Part shown: positions 1 through 11,655 of the stretch, in pieces
Position numbering within the stretch: position 1 is the stretch's first letter
How the letters are laid out: every line of letters begins with the position of its first letter
Assembly: GCA_000091205.1 (NCBI GenBank)
Contig: AP006483.2
Direction: 5' to 3' (one strand)
DNA from: Cyanidioschyzon merolae
Lineage: Eukaryota
Length of the DNA stretch: 64,000 nt
Translations under genes and position numbers: made by a program
Notes under the pieces: generated by a model
Told to the model about the DNA's origin: nothing
The model's input: only the letters and a program-made list of their open reading frames with translations
Database searches by the model: none

Positions 1-1918
1 CGTTGGAAAGGAAATGAACGACAAGTCGCGTCGTTCGGTGCTGGGCTCTATCGCTGGACCTCCCCTAGCCCGGTCATATTTACTCGTGCTTCCTGTACGA
101 AAGCTTAGAGTTCGTGCAGGAATCGATGCTGTGCGATTCCCATGGATGCGTGCAGAGCGAAAGAAGAGCATCATGAGCACGCGTCCACGCTGGAGCACAT
201 AGAGAAGCAGAGCCAGATGCATTCGATGGTGTTTGGTACGCTGACAGAAAGTCAGGCGGCGAGGTCATCAAAGCTACGAAGCTTGAGATGGGATGACTCC
301 AACAGCGATCGTGCCCGCAAGCGCTTTCTGCATCGAAACCAAAAGCGCCTCGGTCAACATCCGGAAATGTCTCATGCTCCCGGAGCGTCCAGTTGCGTTA
401 CATCGTGCAAAGTTTCCAGGGATCGTTTTGTACTTTGTGCAGGTATTGCCCGTTACCGCTGAAGACTTGAGATGAGAAAATCAGTGGCCACCAGAGATGG
501 TATTTGATTCTCGCTAGGGGCAACAGAATTCTATACGAAGTTTGAGAGATTTGGCAATGCTGACGCCCTGCAGAGAAGCTCCGGGAAAGGTATCCCCGGA
601 CAAGTGGTGAACGATCATGGTGTCCCGCTATTCGATCTACCGAGTATTTGTGGCAGGAAAGGTCATTCATGCATATCTGGCAGGGCCCGCCGCTCTCGAC
701 ATACTCGTGTCTGAGACGCCATTGCGGCGTTGATCTAGCCGCTGCGACATATGAAGTTTTTTTGCAATACTCCCGTCATGCGTGCTGCTATTCGGCGCCA
801 CATTTGGCACCGGACACGCTACCGATTCTCTCAGTCATCTTCGGTACCAGGGTGACAATCTTAGAGTTCGAATGCGCGCGAACAGATCTCAAGGAAACTT
901 GGATGAACACTGGCGCATGTGCTGCTCAAGGCTGTCGCTCGCAAGGGGACTCCTGAGCCGTCCAGAATCTGCAGCAACTTCGCTATGATGAAACGTCCGC
1001 CGCCGCCGCCGCCGCAACAGCAGCCAGCATCTGGAAAGAGCTCTATATCCAGAGCGTTGGTAGATTACTTCAGCGTCTAATTCTTCGAGCAGGACTGCTC
1101 CTGGGTGGGCGAAATAAAATAGCGTCCATGGAGCAACTGACGTCCCTGGGCGCTTACCGGCAAGGAGCGTTCCCGTCGAACCCGGATTCGATTCGTTGAT
1201 CTGCCGCCGATAGAAGGCACACGGCAATGACGCCCCCAGCCTGGTATCGCATGGAGGAAATAGTCTGGCAACTAAAATAGGCATATTGTCACCGTATCTC
1301 TCTGTTCAGCGCTCACGCACGCTTCCGCGCCGCACCCAACACGCAAAAAGTGTCGTGCATACGACCATGTTCGAGGATGCACCGAATTTCTTGAGCGACC
1401 CTTTTGTATACGTCGCGGAAAAAGCAGAAGCGCCTCCAACCATTGCATGACTATCGCGCCAGCCAGGGCACTGCCGGATGCTCTATCGCCTCTTATTGCC
1501 GCACCACGACGCTTCCAATGACGCCACACGACAGCCGGCGGAACACCACTGCGTGCAGCCGCCGCACGTGAATACTGTAAATTCCGAAGTGGAACTGTCT
1601 TTGTTTCTCTGCATATCGATCATTATCTCCCAGTTTGTGTCTCCAGAGTCGATTCAGTGATTCTGCAGCATCGATAAACTACGGCGAGCGCTTTTCGCGG
1701 ATGCAGCGGCGCACCAGACCCGCTGCTGGGCGCTTGAATTCCGAACGCAGGCGCGCATTGGCGGCACGCACACACGCACGTAGACACGTTTCTTCCTCCG
1801 TGCGTGTCGACTGCAACACGCACGCTCTTTGTTACCTGATTAGGAACTGTTTCAAGAGTACGCATCAAAAAAAGAGACTGCACCAGGTCTAATGTTCAAG
1901 TAGACGGCTTGGGTTTCT

Positions 1919-4900
1919 ATGCCGCTTGTGCCGGAGTTTCGAGTGATTTTCAGGTGCTCGAGCGCCGTGCGAACTATGGAGGAACTTCGTGCATACCTCC
2001 GCGAGCGCAGACACGCTGAACTCTTTGGGTTTCTGAATCGCCACGCTGGTGTAGATGATGCTGGTAATCTTGTAACGGTGGATGCTGGTGGCGCCTCCCG
2101 CAGCACTGGTGGGTGCGCGGGTACGTTCCCTGAGGCGCTTCGAGAACCGGACTCAAAAACTACTGCTCGAGGGGGCGCGCTCCAAGCAGAATCTTCTGGA
2201 CAATTACTTAACCTTGATTCAGAAATGAAAAATAGGGAATTGGAGTCGCAGCGCTTCCAGAACAGTCTATCCGCTGCTGGTACGCTTCCACCCGATGGTG
2301 GAGTCTCGAGCCCGAAAGCCCGCAGCGTGTCGGAGCGCCCAGCAGCGAGACTGGTGCGAGATCCAGCACAGCCGTATCGCGGAGCTTCCCAGCATGGCGC
2401 GCATGGTGTTAAGAACATTCCCGAAAGTTTGGACCCGAGCCAGCCTGACGATAACGAGCTCTGGCTCGTGTCGGAGCTCGGGGCGTCCAGTAACGACGAG
2501 CGAACAGTTCGTAGTCACGACAGTGTATCTGAGGTGCCGGACCCGCCCGCAGCAAAGAGCAGGCCGGATGAAGGGGCGTTCTCGATGAACCTGAGACCTG
2601 GAAGCCAAACACACATGAAAGCGCTGCGAGCCTCCGACGTAGAATGGGTCTGTGAGCGCCGTTCCTTGAAAAGAGGTCCCATTGCAGGGAGCGATTCCGG
2701 CGATTTGGTGATGAATTATGATGGGACAAGAGAGCATGAGGCGAGCAATGCGACAGTTGCGTTCCCTGAGAGTACTCATGGTGGAACGAGATCTCCTGTA
2801 TCGGGCACCAGCTCAGACGAGGATATATTTGAATCCATCCTCGGGGAAAATCGGCAGTACACGTTCTCTGTTCCAAAGCGTGCTCGCATTCGGTGCATGG
2901 AATTGCCGGATATGGATGAAATCCTTAGTTCGTTACGGGAGGCGGAGCCTGTGAGCGCTAAGTGTGAGACAGACCAACGGGAACGAAGCGAGGCGAGCGT
3001 GTGCTCGGGAACAAGTCACTGTGGCTCACCCAAAGCAGCAGTTTCGCCAATCGACGGACATAGAAACGTTGTCAAGCCCCTAGGAGATTCTACCAAATCA
3101 AATGTGCTGCCCGCTGAAATAGATTTGCGGGATCAATTGCCAAATAGTGGAGCGGTTCCTGCGACGCCGCATGCACCGACAACATTTGGAGGCCGCACGT
3201 CCTTTGTCTCACCGTATGTTGCGCCCAAACAACAGCATCCTCAAAGGACAGCAAGTCCAGAAAGTGCATCGATGCGGTCACCAGGGAAGGCCGCACTGCC
3301 AGAGACAAAGCACTCGAGCACTCGAGTGATTCCGCATGCTACGCGTCATGGTGAATCGCCAAGCAGCCCGGTGGTGGTGTGCGACACCTCGTCAACGCTT
3401 CCCCGTGAGTTGAATGAGTCCAGTGGAACAATCGCATCTACTGATCATCGCCGAGAGGGTCCAGGATCAGATCGGCCCAGTGCTCCTGAAAAGATGCGTT
3501 CTGAGCCTTCTGCTCTTCTTCTGAAAAAGCGGCAGGTTGCCTTAGAGCGGCTTATGCGATTGGAAGACGAATTTCTCGAGACCATCGATGCAGAACAAGC
3601 TGAACGGCTGCACACGCTCATCGAAAAAACGAAATCAGCCATACAGCATATTGATCGATGTCTCGGGAATGACGTTGCTACGAAGAAAGCAGCAAGCTGC
3701 ATACCGAATCCTGACGTAGATTCACAATCCCAGCGAATGGCGAGCTTAGCGAACGCTGCGGCGCTCTCGGCCAGCGGTGCTCGCCCGAGCGGAACACATG
3801 ACGCAGAAAACGCGTCTCCCGCGAATCCCGCAAACAGCTCATCTGGCGAGAGTGCGTTTCGTTGCAGCGCCTCCACTAAGGACGTCGTCACGTTAACGGG
3901 ACTGCGAAGCGAGCGCTACGGCTCCATGGCAGGTGCATCAGGAGCAGCGCCAGCTTGTGTCGGCAAGATTGGTGAGACCTCAGATCGTGCTGTCGACGCA
4001 GCCGAGGTTCACATGGCCATGACTGACCATTACCATGAAGAACAGCCCGTATCCAGACTTTACGACAAATCAAGTGTACCTGTAATCGAAGGCAGCACGG
4101 GGGCGCCCGCTGTCCCGGTCCAAATGACAACATCAGACGCAGTGGATCTCGATGAGGTCTTCGAAGCGGCCTGTGCTCAAGCTTCTGCCGAATTTGCTGG
4201 TGATAACTATCCGTGGTCAGCACAGCTGCATCACAACAACCGTGTTCAGTTCGGTAATCAGGGATTTCGTGCCAATCAGAAAGAGGCAATCAATGCGGCC
4301 ATGTGTGGGCGCGACGTTTTCGTCCTGATGCCCACAGGGGGCGGCAAGTCTCTCGTCTATCAGCTGGCCGCGACGCTCACGGGACCAGCGGGCTGCGGTG
4401 TTACTGTCGTGGTCTCGCCTCTGAAATCGCTTATCATGGATCAAGTGATGCGTTTGCAGGCGCTGCGTATTCCATGCGGTGCCCTGTGCGGCGCGACCTC
4501 GGAAACGGAATCTCGAGAGCTTATGCGTGATCTTCGCAGCTTGCATCCAAAGACTCGGATTCTTTACGTGACTCCCGAGAAAATAAGTCTTTCGGAGGCG
4601 TTTCGGTCCATACTCGATTGGCTTGCCTCTCGAAAACTTCTCGCTCGATTCGTGATCGATGAGGCGCACTGCGTGAGTCAGTGGGGCCACGACTTCCGCC
4701 CCGACTACAAGCGGCTTAGTCTCTGCAAGCAACGTTATCCGTCCGTCCCGCTGATGGCTCTGACGGCCACAGCGACAAGAGAGGTGCGAGAAGATGTCAA
4801 AGTGCAGCTAGGCATCCCACGCTGCGTTACTTTCAAACAGAGTTTCAATCGGCCGAATATTTCGTACGAGGTTTATCTCAAGGGGCCTCGTTCCAAGACT

Positions 4901-6730
4901 GTGGAATGGATCGCCGAGTTCATCCAAAATGAAATGCCGCGCGGTGCTTCAGGCATTATCTACTGTTTTAGTAAGCAAGAGTGTGAGGATGTAGCGAAAG
5001 CATTGCGACGCCAGTTTCGCATCGCAGCGGAGCACTACCACGCTGGTCTCACGGACGAGAGTCGCATTGCGGTCCAGCAACGTTGGATGAGGCGGGCCAC
5101 GCAGGTCATTGTCGCCACCATTGCCTTTGGCATGGGCATCGATAAGCCGGATGTGCGCTTTGTCATTCACTACACCATGCCAAAGAATGTTGAGGGCTTC
5201 TATCAGGAAAGCGGGCGCGCTGGGCGCGACGGTCAGCCCGCCCGCTCTATTGTACTCTTCTCTCATGCGGATCAGCGGCGGCTGATCGGCATGATCGACA
5301 AGAACTCGAACGGTCTCACGAGAGCGGCGCTATCGCTTCAGAAAGACGCTGTCAAGAGAATGGCGGCCTGGTGTCTCGACGACGTCAGTTGCCGGCGCGT
5401 GACAGTGTTGGCTCACTTTGGCGAACGCTTCGATCGTCGAGCGTGCAGTCCGCCGTGCGATAACTGTCGGAACCAGGCTCCCTGTCAAATGGAAGACTGG
5501 ACGGCTACGGCCCGCGGTGCGTACCAACTGGCGCAATGGATGCAGGACGTGCGGCGGATAACGCCAACTTCGGCCAGGATCGCCTCTGGTCTGCGAGGTT
5601 TCGAATCCTTTCGTACTACCGTAGGCGCTTCACCGGACGTGGATATACCGGGTTTCGGGAGCGCCCCGCCTGGTGCCAACGACAATGACATCTTTCGTCT
5701 ACTCGCGGAGATGGAGCGACTGCACATTCTCCATGAAGAGGTCTACCACAACGAAGTGCACGGTGGCGTCTGCGGTTGTTTGCGTCCAGTACCGGGGAGC
5801 CAGTCTCCGATTGTGCACGATTTACTATACGGTAACGAACGGCGTATTTATCTGCTTGTTCGACGGGGCAAGCACGGCCTTCAGGCGATCCGGCTGCGTT
5901 CAGAGATGGTGCGCGCTACTTCAGGACGCAAGCGGGGCGTCGCATCTGCAACAGGTGCCACCGATGCCTTCCCAGAAGACACCAATGATTCGGTATCGAT
6001 CGGGAACACCACCAAGTCGCACGCAGAATCAGTTCGAAATCGTCTTCTGGAGCTCCGCCGAAGCTGGTGTAAGCAGCACAAGGGCCTGCGGGCAGACTCA
6101 GCCCTTTCGACAACAGAGATCGACAGCATTGTGCGTATAGCACCAAAGAGTTTGACAGAACTTGCAGCTCTACGGCGCCGTTCTCGTAATCCCGATCGCC
6201 AGGTCCCCGATGCCCTCGTTTGGCAAGCCATTCATGGCGACCAAAGCGACTCTGCTGTGATATCTGGCGACGGCATGTTGCCTCGCGACGCGCTGCCTGG
6301 CGCATCGAGTCGACATGCGCACCCAACTGCGAGTGCCAGCGCTCCCGGAGTACTGTTATCCGACGAGGATTCCATAGATTCCGGTGATGATGTAACAGTT
6401 GTTGGTGCTCGCTCTGCGTCCATCGACAGTCCAGCGAAGTCGGCGACGTGCATCCATCGGAAGAACGGGCAGCGTTCAACAGGGCGCCGCCAGAGTCATC
6501 GCACTGGTCACGCCCCGAAGGCGGCGCTGGCGCAGCGTACGGGGAAACGTCCCGCACGGGTCAATGAACGAGGACCCAGGTTGTCTCGGAGCCAGGAGTC
6601 GTGCCCCGTGGGCCGGTTTCAGCGCAGTGGCGGCCCCAGTCGCAGAAAGCCAAGTCGCACAGAGGCGCTCGCATCCAGCGACTACGGCAGTGCCGCCCCG
6701 TGGACTGGGAACGAGGCCATGCCCCTGTGA
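1919..6730 (+). CDS. RecQ-family (BLM/Sgs1-like) ATP-dependent DNA helicase. It has a ~700-aa low-complexity N-terminus followed by DEAH helicase, RQC zinc-binding and HRDC regions.
   Basis: Uninterrupted 1603-aa ORF. Helicase motif I is FGNQGFRANQKEAINAAMCGRDVFVLMPTGGGKSLVYQLAA, and the DEAH box is FVIDEAHCVSQWGHDFRPDY. Motifs ATIAFGMGIDKPDVRFVIHY and YQESGRAGRDG are present. A Cys cluster CRR...CDNC matches the RQC zinc-binding region. An HRDC-like segment (SLTELAALRRR) follows. The true start Met is uncertain. Confidence 0.88.
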   Translation: MPLVPEFRVIFRCSSAVRTMEELRAYLRERRHAELFGFLNRHAGVDDAGNLVTVDAGGASRSTGGCAGTFPEALREPDSKTTARGGALQAESSGQLLNLDSEMKNRELESQRFQNSLSAAGTLPPDGGVSSPKARSVSERPAARLVRDPAQPYRGASQHGAHGVKNIPESLDPSQPDDNELWLVSELGASSNDERTVRSHDSVSEVPDPPAAKSRPDEGAFSMNLRPGSQTHMKALRASDVEWVCERRSLKRGPIAGSDSGDLVMNYDGTREHEASNATVAFPESTHGGTRSPVSGTSSDEDIFESILGENRQYTFSVPKRARIRCMELPDMDEILSSLREAEPVSAKCETDQRERSEASVCSGTSHCGSPKAAVSPIDGHRNVVKPLGDSTKSNVLPAEIDLRDQLPNSGAVPATPHAPTTFGGRTSFVSPYVAPKQQHPQRTASPESASMRSPGKAALPETKHSSTRVIPHATRHGESPSSPVVVCDTSSTLPRELNESSGTIASTDHRREGPGSDRPSAPEKMRSEPSALLLKKRQVALERLMRLEDEFLETIDAEQAERLHTLIEKTKSAIQHIDRCLGNDVATKKAASCIPNPDVDSQSQRMASLANAAALSASGARPSGTHDAENASPANPANSSSGESAFRCSASTKDVVTLTGLRSERYGSMAGASGAAPACVGKIGETSDRAVDAAEVHMAMTDHYHEEQPVSRLYDKSSVPVIEGSTGAPAVPVQMTTSDAVDLDEVFEAACAQASAEFAGDNYPWSAQLHHNNRVQFGNQGFRANQKEAINAAMCGRDVFVLMPTGGGKSLVYQLAATLTGPAGCGVTVVVSPLKSLIMDQVMRLQALRIPCGALCGATSETESRELMRDLRSLHPKTRILYVTPEKISLSEAFRSILDWLASRKLLARFVIDEAHCVSQWGHDFRPDYKRLSLCKQRYPSVPLMALTATATREVREDVKVQLGIPRCVTFKQSFNRPNISYEVYLKGPRSKTVEWIAEFIQNEMPRGASGIIYCFSKQECEDVAKALRRQFRIAAEHYHAGLTDESRIAVQQRWMRRATQVIVATIAFGMGIDKPDVRFVIHYTMPKNVEGFYQESGRAGRDGQPARSIVLFSHADQRRLIGMIDKNSNGLTRAALSLQKDAVKRMAAWCLDDVSCRRVTVLAHFGERFDRRACSPPCDNCRNQAPCQMEDWTATARGAYQLAQWMQDVRRITPTSARIASGLRGFESFRTTVGASPDVDIPGFGSAPPGANDNDIFRLLAEMERLHILHEEVYHNEVHGGVCGCLRPVPGSQSPIVHDLLYGNERRIYLLVRRGKHGLQAIRLRSEMVRATSGRKRGVASATGATDAFPEDTNDSVSIGNTTKSHAESVRNRLLELRRSWCKQHKGLRADSALSTTEIDSIVRIAPKSLTELAALRRRSRNPDRQVPDALVWQAIHGDQSDSAVISGDGMLPRDALPGASSRHAHPTASASAPGVLLSDEDSIDSGDDVTVVGARSASIDSPAKSATCIHRKNGQRSTGRRQSHRTGHAPKAALAQRTGKRPARVNERGPRLSRSQESCPVGRFQRSGGPSRRKPSRTEALASSDYGSAAPWTGNEAMPL

Positions 6731-8063
6731 GGTGCCAGTAGCTGTCCCTGCTCGGCGTACCGCGGTACGCCGATCCTCATCACCAGGCCTTTACAGTCGC
6801 TCGAAATGCAGGGTGCCTGGCGGGTGAGGCAGGTGCCTCGCAGCAACGTACCAGTTTGGTTGGCTTTTGTCGTGAGCCCGCCGAGGGACTGGGCTTGAGC
6901 GCTTAACCGACCGCAGGTGATGGCGTTGCGGACGCAGCGCAGCTGTGAAACCCGTACGCCACTGTAAACGCTACACCGTATCCGTGTCCCCGGAAAACAC
7001 TTGTGTGGTGTCTCTCGACCTGTGAGGCGTCCTCCAGCGGAACCGTGTTCTCAAACGGTTCGGCGTTGCGCATGGCGAACACGCTAGTGTCGCTCCAGTG
7101 GATGCAGCTGCGCGACAACGCGCTTCCAGAGCCGTTCGCGAAGCGTTACCCCCGTTTTTTATGAATGTGCAGTTTTCGTCTCACGAATAGACATGGGCAG
7201 CGAACTGAGAGCTTTCACGATATTCCGGCTTTCCGCTAGAGAGTTTCCTCGGAAACCTGCAGATAAATAATGCACCATCGAAACACCTTTCTTGAATCAG
7301 GGATCGTTTACACCCGTCAAGTTCCCCGATCGTGCACCAGCATTCACCAGCCAGGCAGCAGAGCATCCTCCAATCCCGAAGCAGACCTCCGAGTTCCAAG
7401 ATTGCCACTGCCACAACCGCCCCCCAGACTCGTATTCGAAGTCCATGGTCTGTTCATATGATCACTTGAGCGCCAACTGGCAGTGACGCGCACCCTTTTT
7501 CATGTCCGTAGCTCTGCACCAAACACATCACGGAAATAGAGTTGCTGCTGTATGCAATCTTCGAGGGCATGCTCTCAACGCATCTACGGCGGCGGATGTG
7601 CGTGTCGAATCGCCCGAGTGGACACGCAGGCGATCGTTCAGCGCTGTGACTGCCGAGCCCCGGTGCTCGCAATGACGAACAGCGCGTACAGTCGGGCATT
7701 CTAGTGTATGTCTCGATGTGCTGTGAAACGAACAGCACACCATTCCGCACAGGGCTTACCATCGTCGATTCTGGAGTTCGTGCAAACGCTCCGCGACACC
7801 AATGAATCATGGAATCCCGCGCCGGGCGTGCAGCAGGCGGCACGCATGGCTGCAGCGCTGCCCGCAACCGGCGATGCCGCTGATCGCGCCTCGAGGCAGC
7901 GGTGGCAGATCGCGCGAGCCGCCCGCCCTGCACAAACGTCGCCGCTCTGGCTGGCGCACGGGCCACTGGCGATAAACAATGCGAATTTTGCCGGCGACTA
8001 GAACTCCTGGTGTGTAGCGGCTGCGTTCGGTCCGCCCAGCTATCGCCGGAAACAGTGTTGAAC

Positions 8064-9602
8064 ATGACTCGAGGAAGGGTGACTCTTGAACTTTTGAAGG
8101 ATGAGAAAGCGAGAAATACGACTTTTTCGAAGCGGAAGAACGGATTATTTAAAAAAGTTCTGGAGCTGAGCGTGCTCTGCGACTGTGAGATCGGCATTGT
8201 GATTTTTAACCACAACGGGAAGCTAGTGGAGTACAGCAGCAAAGGTGAAGATAGTCTTGTTGACTTGATTAGACGATGGGGAGCGTACACAGGCACCGTT
8301 GAGTCGAAAAGCAACCTCACGGCACTGCAGCCTGCAGCTGGGCGCTACGAGCAGCTGTGTCCCCGCTGGAACGTGCACCCGGTGCGTTCGGAGGTCGAAC
8401 CTGCTCGCGTCGCTCGGAGCGAGGGTTCCCCACGAGCGCCTAGACTCAGGCCTCGTTATTCTTCGAAAAATAATGACGTGGTCAGCGCCGGTGAACCAGG
8501 CAACCAACCAGATTCACGTTCTTCGACACAGGACGTGCTTGTACCTAGTATGGCGAACGATGACCAGTTTGTTGAGTGTGAGTCTCTTAGAAAGATGTGT
8601 GCCGAGGCAGATATGATGCAGGACCTGCGGCGTCAGTATGAACGATATCGGGAACGGATCCTGCGTTGGTCGGGCAAGCGCCGGCGTGGTGCGCAGTCGA
8701 CCGAGCACACCACATGTAGCGGTAAACGCTGCCATATCGAGAGCGGGGACGATGACTCGTCGAGGTTCCCGTCTGCAGACCTGGTCGATTTGCTGAAAAG
8801 TGAAGATACCCGGCCTTCGGGGGCAGCAACGGAGGAAACTGGATCCCCAGCTTCCCGGAAGAAGCGCTTTCGGCCAGAGGCGCTGTCGATCGAGGTGGAT
8901 CCGCTGGGTATGGCCTTCAGCGGCGCGAATAATGAGAAACAATCGACTGGCACCTGGGATCAGACCGCTCTTCGACCGGGTTTCTTCGCGTCCGACGAGA
9001 CTTTACGCAACCAGACGCCATCGGTAACGTTTCCAGAAGCAAGCACCAGCGGCAGAGGACCGGTTCTTGAGGCACCGTTCTCCGGCCAATTGTATCCTTC
9101 GGCGGGCGTTGGGAGCCAGCTTTCACCGCGGCTCTCGTACCGCTCGCTTGTGTCGTCATATCCAATTCTGGTTCCATCACCTGCAGGATTGCCTTCTACA
9201 ACAGGCTTGGGCGTCCCTGGTGTGATGATACCCACACCAACTGGAGCCAGTACGAGGCATGTGCCTGGTTGCCCTCAGGGAGGCGCAGGCACTGGCGCCG
9301 CCACAGCCACCGGAACAGAAACCGGAGGACCGCCATCCCATCCGCGTACGCAGCCGGCGATGTTGAGTCCAACAGCGCTCATTTTCGAGCAAATGGGACT
9401 CGCTACTCCACGGGAGTCAGCCTCTTGGGGCGGCTACAATGGGACCTGGTTTTCGTTTGTTGGTACTGGTTCTACTCCGCGGATGGGCGCTTATATGGAG
9501 CGCGCCACTGGAACAGGAAATCAGAGCACCTCTCCGTCGCAACCATTCTCGGCATCCAACGATGCGGAAAAGAATGCTCTCGATAGCCCGGCTGGGACGT
9601 AG
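8064..9602 (+). CDS. MADS-box transcription factor of the SRF/MEF2 type, with a long Ser/Pro/Gly-rich C-terminal region
   Basis: The N-terminus MTRGRVTLELLKDEKARNTTFSKRKNGLFKKVLELSVLCDCEIGIVIFNHNGKLVEYSS matches the MADS domain consensus (R-x-KI...R-x-VTFSKRK-G-L-KKA-ELSVLCD-EI-L-IF). I placed the start at the Met immediately before the MADS box (8064), which lies inside a longer ORF beginning at 7902. Confidence 0.82.
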   Translation: MTRGRVTLELLKDEKARNTTFSKRKNGLFKKVLELSVLCDCEIGIVIFNHNGKLVEYSSKGEDSLVDLIRRWGAYTGTVESKSNLTALQPAAGRYEQLCPRWNVHPVRSEVEPARVARSEGSPRAPRLRPRYSSKNNDVVSAGEPGNQPDSRSSTQDVLVPSMANDDQFVECESLRKMCAEADMMQDLRRQYERYRERILRWSGKRRRGAQSTEHTTCSGKRCHIESGDDDSSRFPSADLVDLLKSEDTRPSGAATEETGSPASRKKRFRPEALSIEVDPLGMAFSGANNEKQSTGTWDQTALRPGFFASDETLRNQTPSVTFPEASTSGRGPVLEAPFSGQLYPSAGVGSQLSPRLSYRSLVSSYPILVPSPAGLPSTTGLGVPGVMIPTPTGASTRHVPGCPQGGAGTGAATATGTETGGPPSHPRTQPAMLSPTALIFEQMGLATPRESASWGGYNGTWFSFVGTGSTPRMGAYMERATGTGNQSTSPSQPFSASNDAEKNALDSPAGT

Positions 9603-10287
9603 CACGCCCACATCGATGCAGCGTTGGATGGTGCTGTGTCTCTAACCGGGGCAAAGTGCGCCAGCGATGAGGCCGCTTCTCTGTGCTCGGAACTCAGTAT
9701 CCAGGGCTGCGACCCGGACGCGACGCCGTCTCACGCCACGAACTTGTTTCATTGATTTATGGAGCTCTGCAGCTCCGCTTTTGGACGTGTAGCGTGCAGG
9801 GGTCTCTCTCTGCAAGCCACTTTGAACCTTTTGCTTGCATTGGAAAGAATTTCCGAACGGATCGATGCATATGATCGTTCGATGGGATGATTAAGGCGCC
9901 TCAGGTGAATCCAGTGGAAGCCTGGTGCAGTGATTGCGTGGGAGGAGCCGACGCCCCCCGCTCCCCGCAGCCTCGCATATCCGCTGAATTCAATGCTTCT
10001 TTGCCCGATGTCAAGAAGATTGACCTGGGCTCTAATGCTTACCTCTGAGACCAAGCGCCTGCGCGACTGTGTGCCTGTGCATGAATGCATGCGTACCCCC
10101 AGTGCAGAAATGTCAGGCACCGAACCTTGCTCCAGTGGCAAGGCCTATGCCTTTTTTGGGGCACCCGATTGTCCCAGGGCAATGACCGAGATGAAGGCGA
10201 GTGCCCAAGTGAGCATCCTCGTCATCGCATGAAGTCGCTGAACACTTGCTCAGTGGGAGATTGTGCTCGCGTCCGTCTTCTATGCCG

Positions 10288-11655
10288 CTTACACTCGTGT
10301 ACGAATGGAATGGGACAGGTGCCCGATCAAGGCCGTATACGCGGTAAAGATTTGGTCTCTTTCCGTTGCCATCAACACCAGCGTTTCCGGGGGGGTTTCC
10401 TGTGACTCGTTTCGTCTGCTCCCTCGTACCTCGGGTTTTCAATGCACTGGTCGTTCCGGTCTCTCAAGCGCTATCGCTAGCAGTCAAGGATGTTGAGAGC
10501 GGCGTGAAGGTTCAGATCTCGCCGCTTCTCACTGTTATCGACACAGTTGGTATACCTGCGGTAGCTGCGATCTTCGCTTCGCATGCCGCTTTCATCTTGT
10601 CTATATACAGTCGCGGTATGCGCTTCGCAGCGGTGGCGCCTGGCCTGGTTCAGGCGCTCTGATACGTCGAGCAAGCCGCTTACTCCGCGAGCCGGCTGGT
10701 GGCTCGTGAACGCCTGCTTTATCGCTCGCTAGGCGCCCGGGACGCGTAGCGAAGAGTCCCGCTGATGCCCGCCTGCGATGCAGCGCCCGGTGGGGTACCT
10801 CTTGCGACCAGAAGCTTCTCGTGAGCGATCGCTTTCGAGCATGCACTGTTTGCTGCACAGGTAAGCGCGCGCGCTTCCATTCGGTAGAGCGTTTGTGGCA
10901 CGTGGTGTTGTTCCCGGTAAGCGAAAGCCGGACTCCTAGTCTAGGCAGGGGAACAAGCCGAGATACTCCGATCCGACTACACACGCCTCGTGCGAACCGG
11001 AGACGCGCTCTCCACGGGGAACCTTCGCTGCGCTGACCCGAATCCTGGTCCAAGACTCTTTGCGCTTCGAACGCGCAAGTCACGGGATCCTCGGTCAGCA
11101 TGCGCCATGCGAGGTATCATGCTGGTGTCGAATGGCAATTCGTTGAAGGGTCTAAGAATCAGAGGGCTTGCGCTTCGAGTGGAATCGATTATTAGGGAGA
11201 GGAATGCTCGGCGGACACTTGGCGTGAGCTCGTGAAAATGCCTGCAGAGGAGCGTGTCGAGTATTTTTCGGCACCAGTACAGCGGCAAGAAAGGCTGTGT
11301 CCAGTCGTTGCCTTGAAACAGGAAGAAGGGAAACGTGAGGCATGCTCTATGTGAGCGATCTACGCGCAAGCCAGTAGAAGAATCGAGGCCAATGCGCTTG
11401 TACTGTTCAATGATATTGGACGTTTGACGAACGCTTGCTCGAAAGCGCGGTGGACCATGCTGATTCAGGTACTGTGAAAAATTGCAGATGCACGGGGTCG
11501 AAAGAGGCACTCGGAAACCTCCGCCGCTAATCCTAGAAAACCGTTTGAATTTGTCGGGCGCAATTGTTGCACTCCGAATGCGGAGGCTGTACATCGGGAA
11601 GAAGATGTTTGGAAAACGTCGAAGGGCACGAACACAGCGAGCAGTTCAGTATTCC
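10288..11655 (+). repeat. Palindrome 1, left arm. It is a ~1.37 kb non-coding repeat unit lying in forward orientation.
   Basis: It is the reverse complement of 15004-16378 at ~99% identity. Mirror-image ORF pairs in the six-frame track show this directly: the 166-aa ORF 10601..11101(-) matches 15558..16058(+) with one substitution, and the 205-aa ORF 10977..11594(-) matches 15149..15682(+). The inner end terminates ...GAACACAGCGAGCAGTTCAGTATTCC. Confidence 0.9.

Noticed and set aside
1974-6557. Multiple antisense or alternative-frame ORFs of 100-213 aa inside the RecQ gene, for example 5916..6557(-), 2409..2876(-) and 4217..4732(-)
   Set aside because: They are fully contained in a 1603-aa ORF with clear helicase homology. 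They are antisense shadows typical of high-GC coding DNA.
7454-8320. A 288-aa ORF on the minus strand overlapping the upstream region and start of the MADS-box gene
   Set aside because: It is antisense to, and overlapping, a well-supported gene. Its composition is low-complexity Ser/Arg/Pro. It is a typical GC-rich spurious frame.
10601-11594. ORFs of 166 aa and 205 aa on the minus strand inside the palindrome-1 left arm. Identical mirror ORFs lie at 15149..16058 in the right arm.
   Set aside because: They exist in both arms only because the DNA is duplicated. They are Arg/Ser/Pro-rich with no recognisable domain, they overlap each other in different frames, and GC-rich DNA produces such ORFs by chance. 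I treat them as non-coding repeat sequence.
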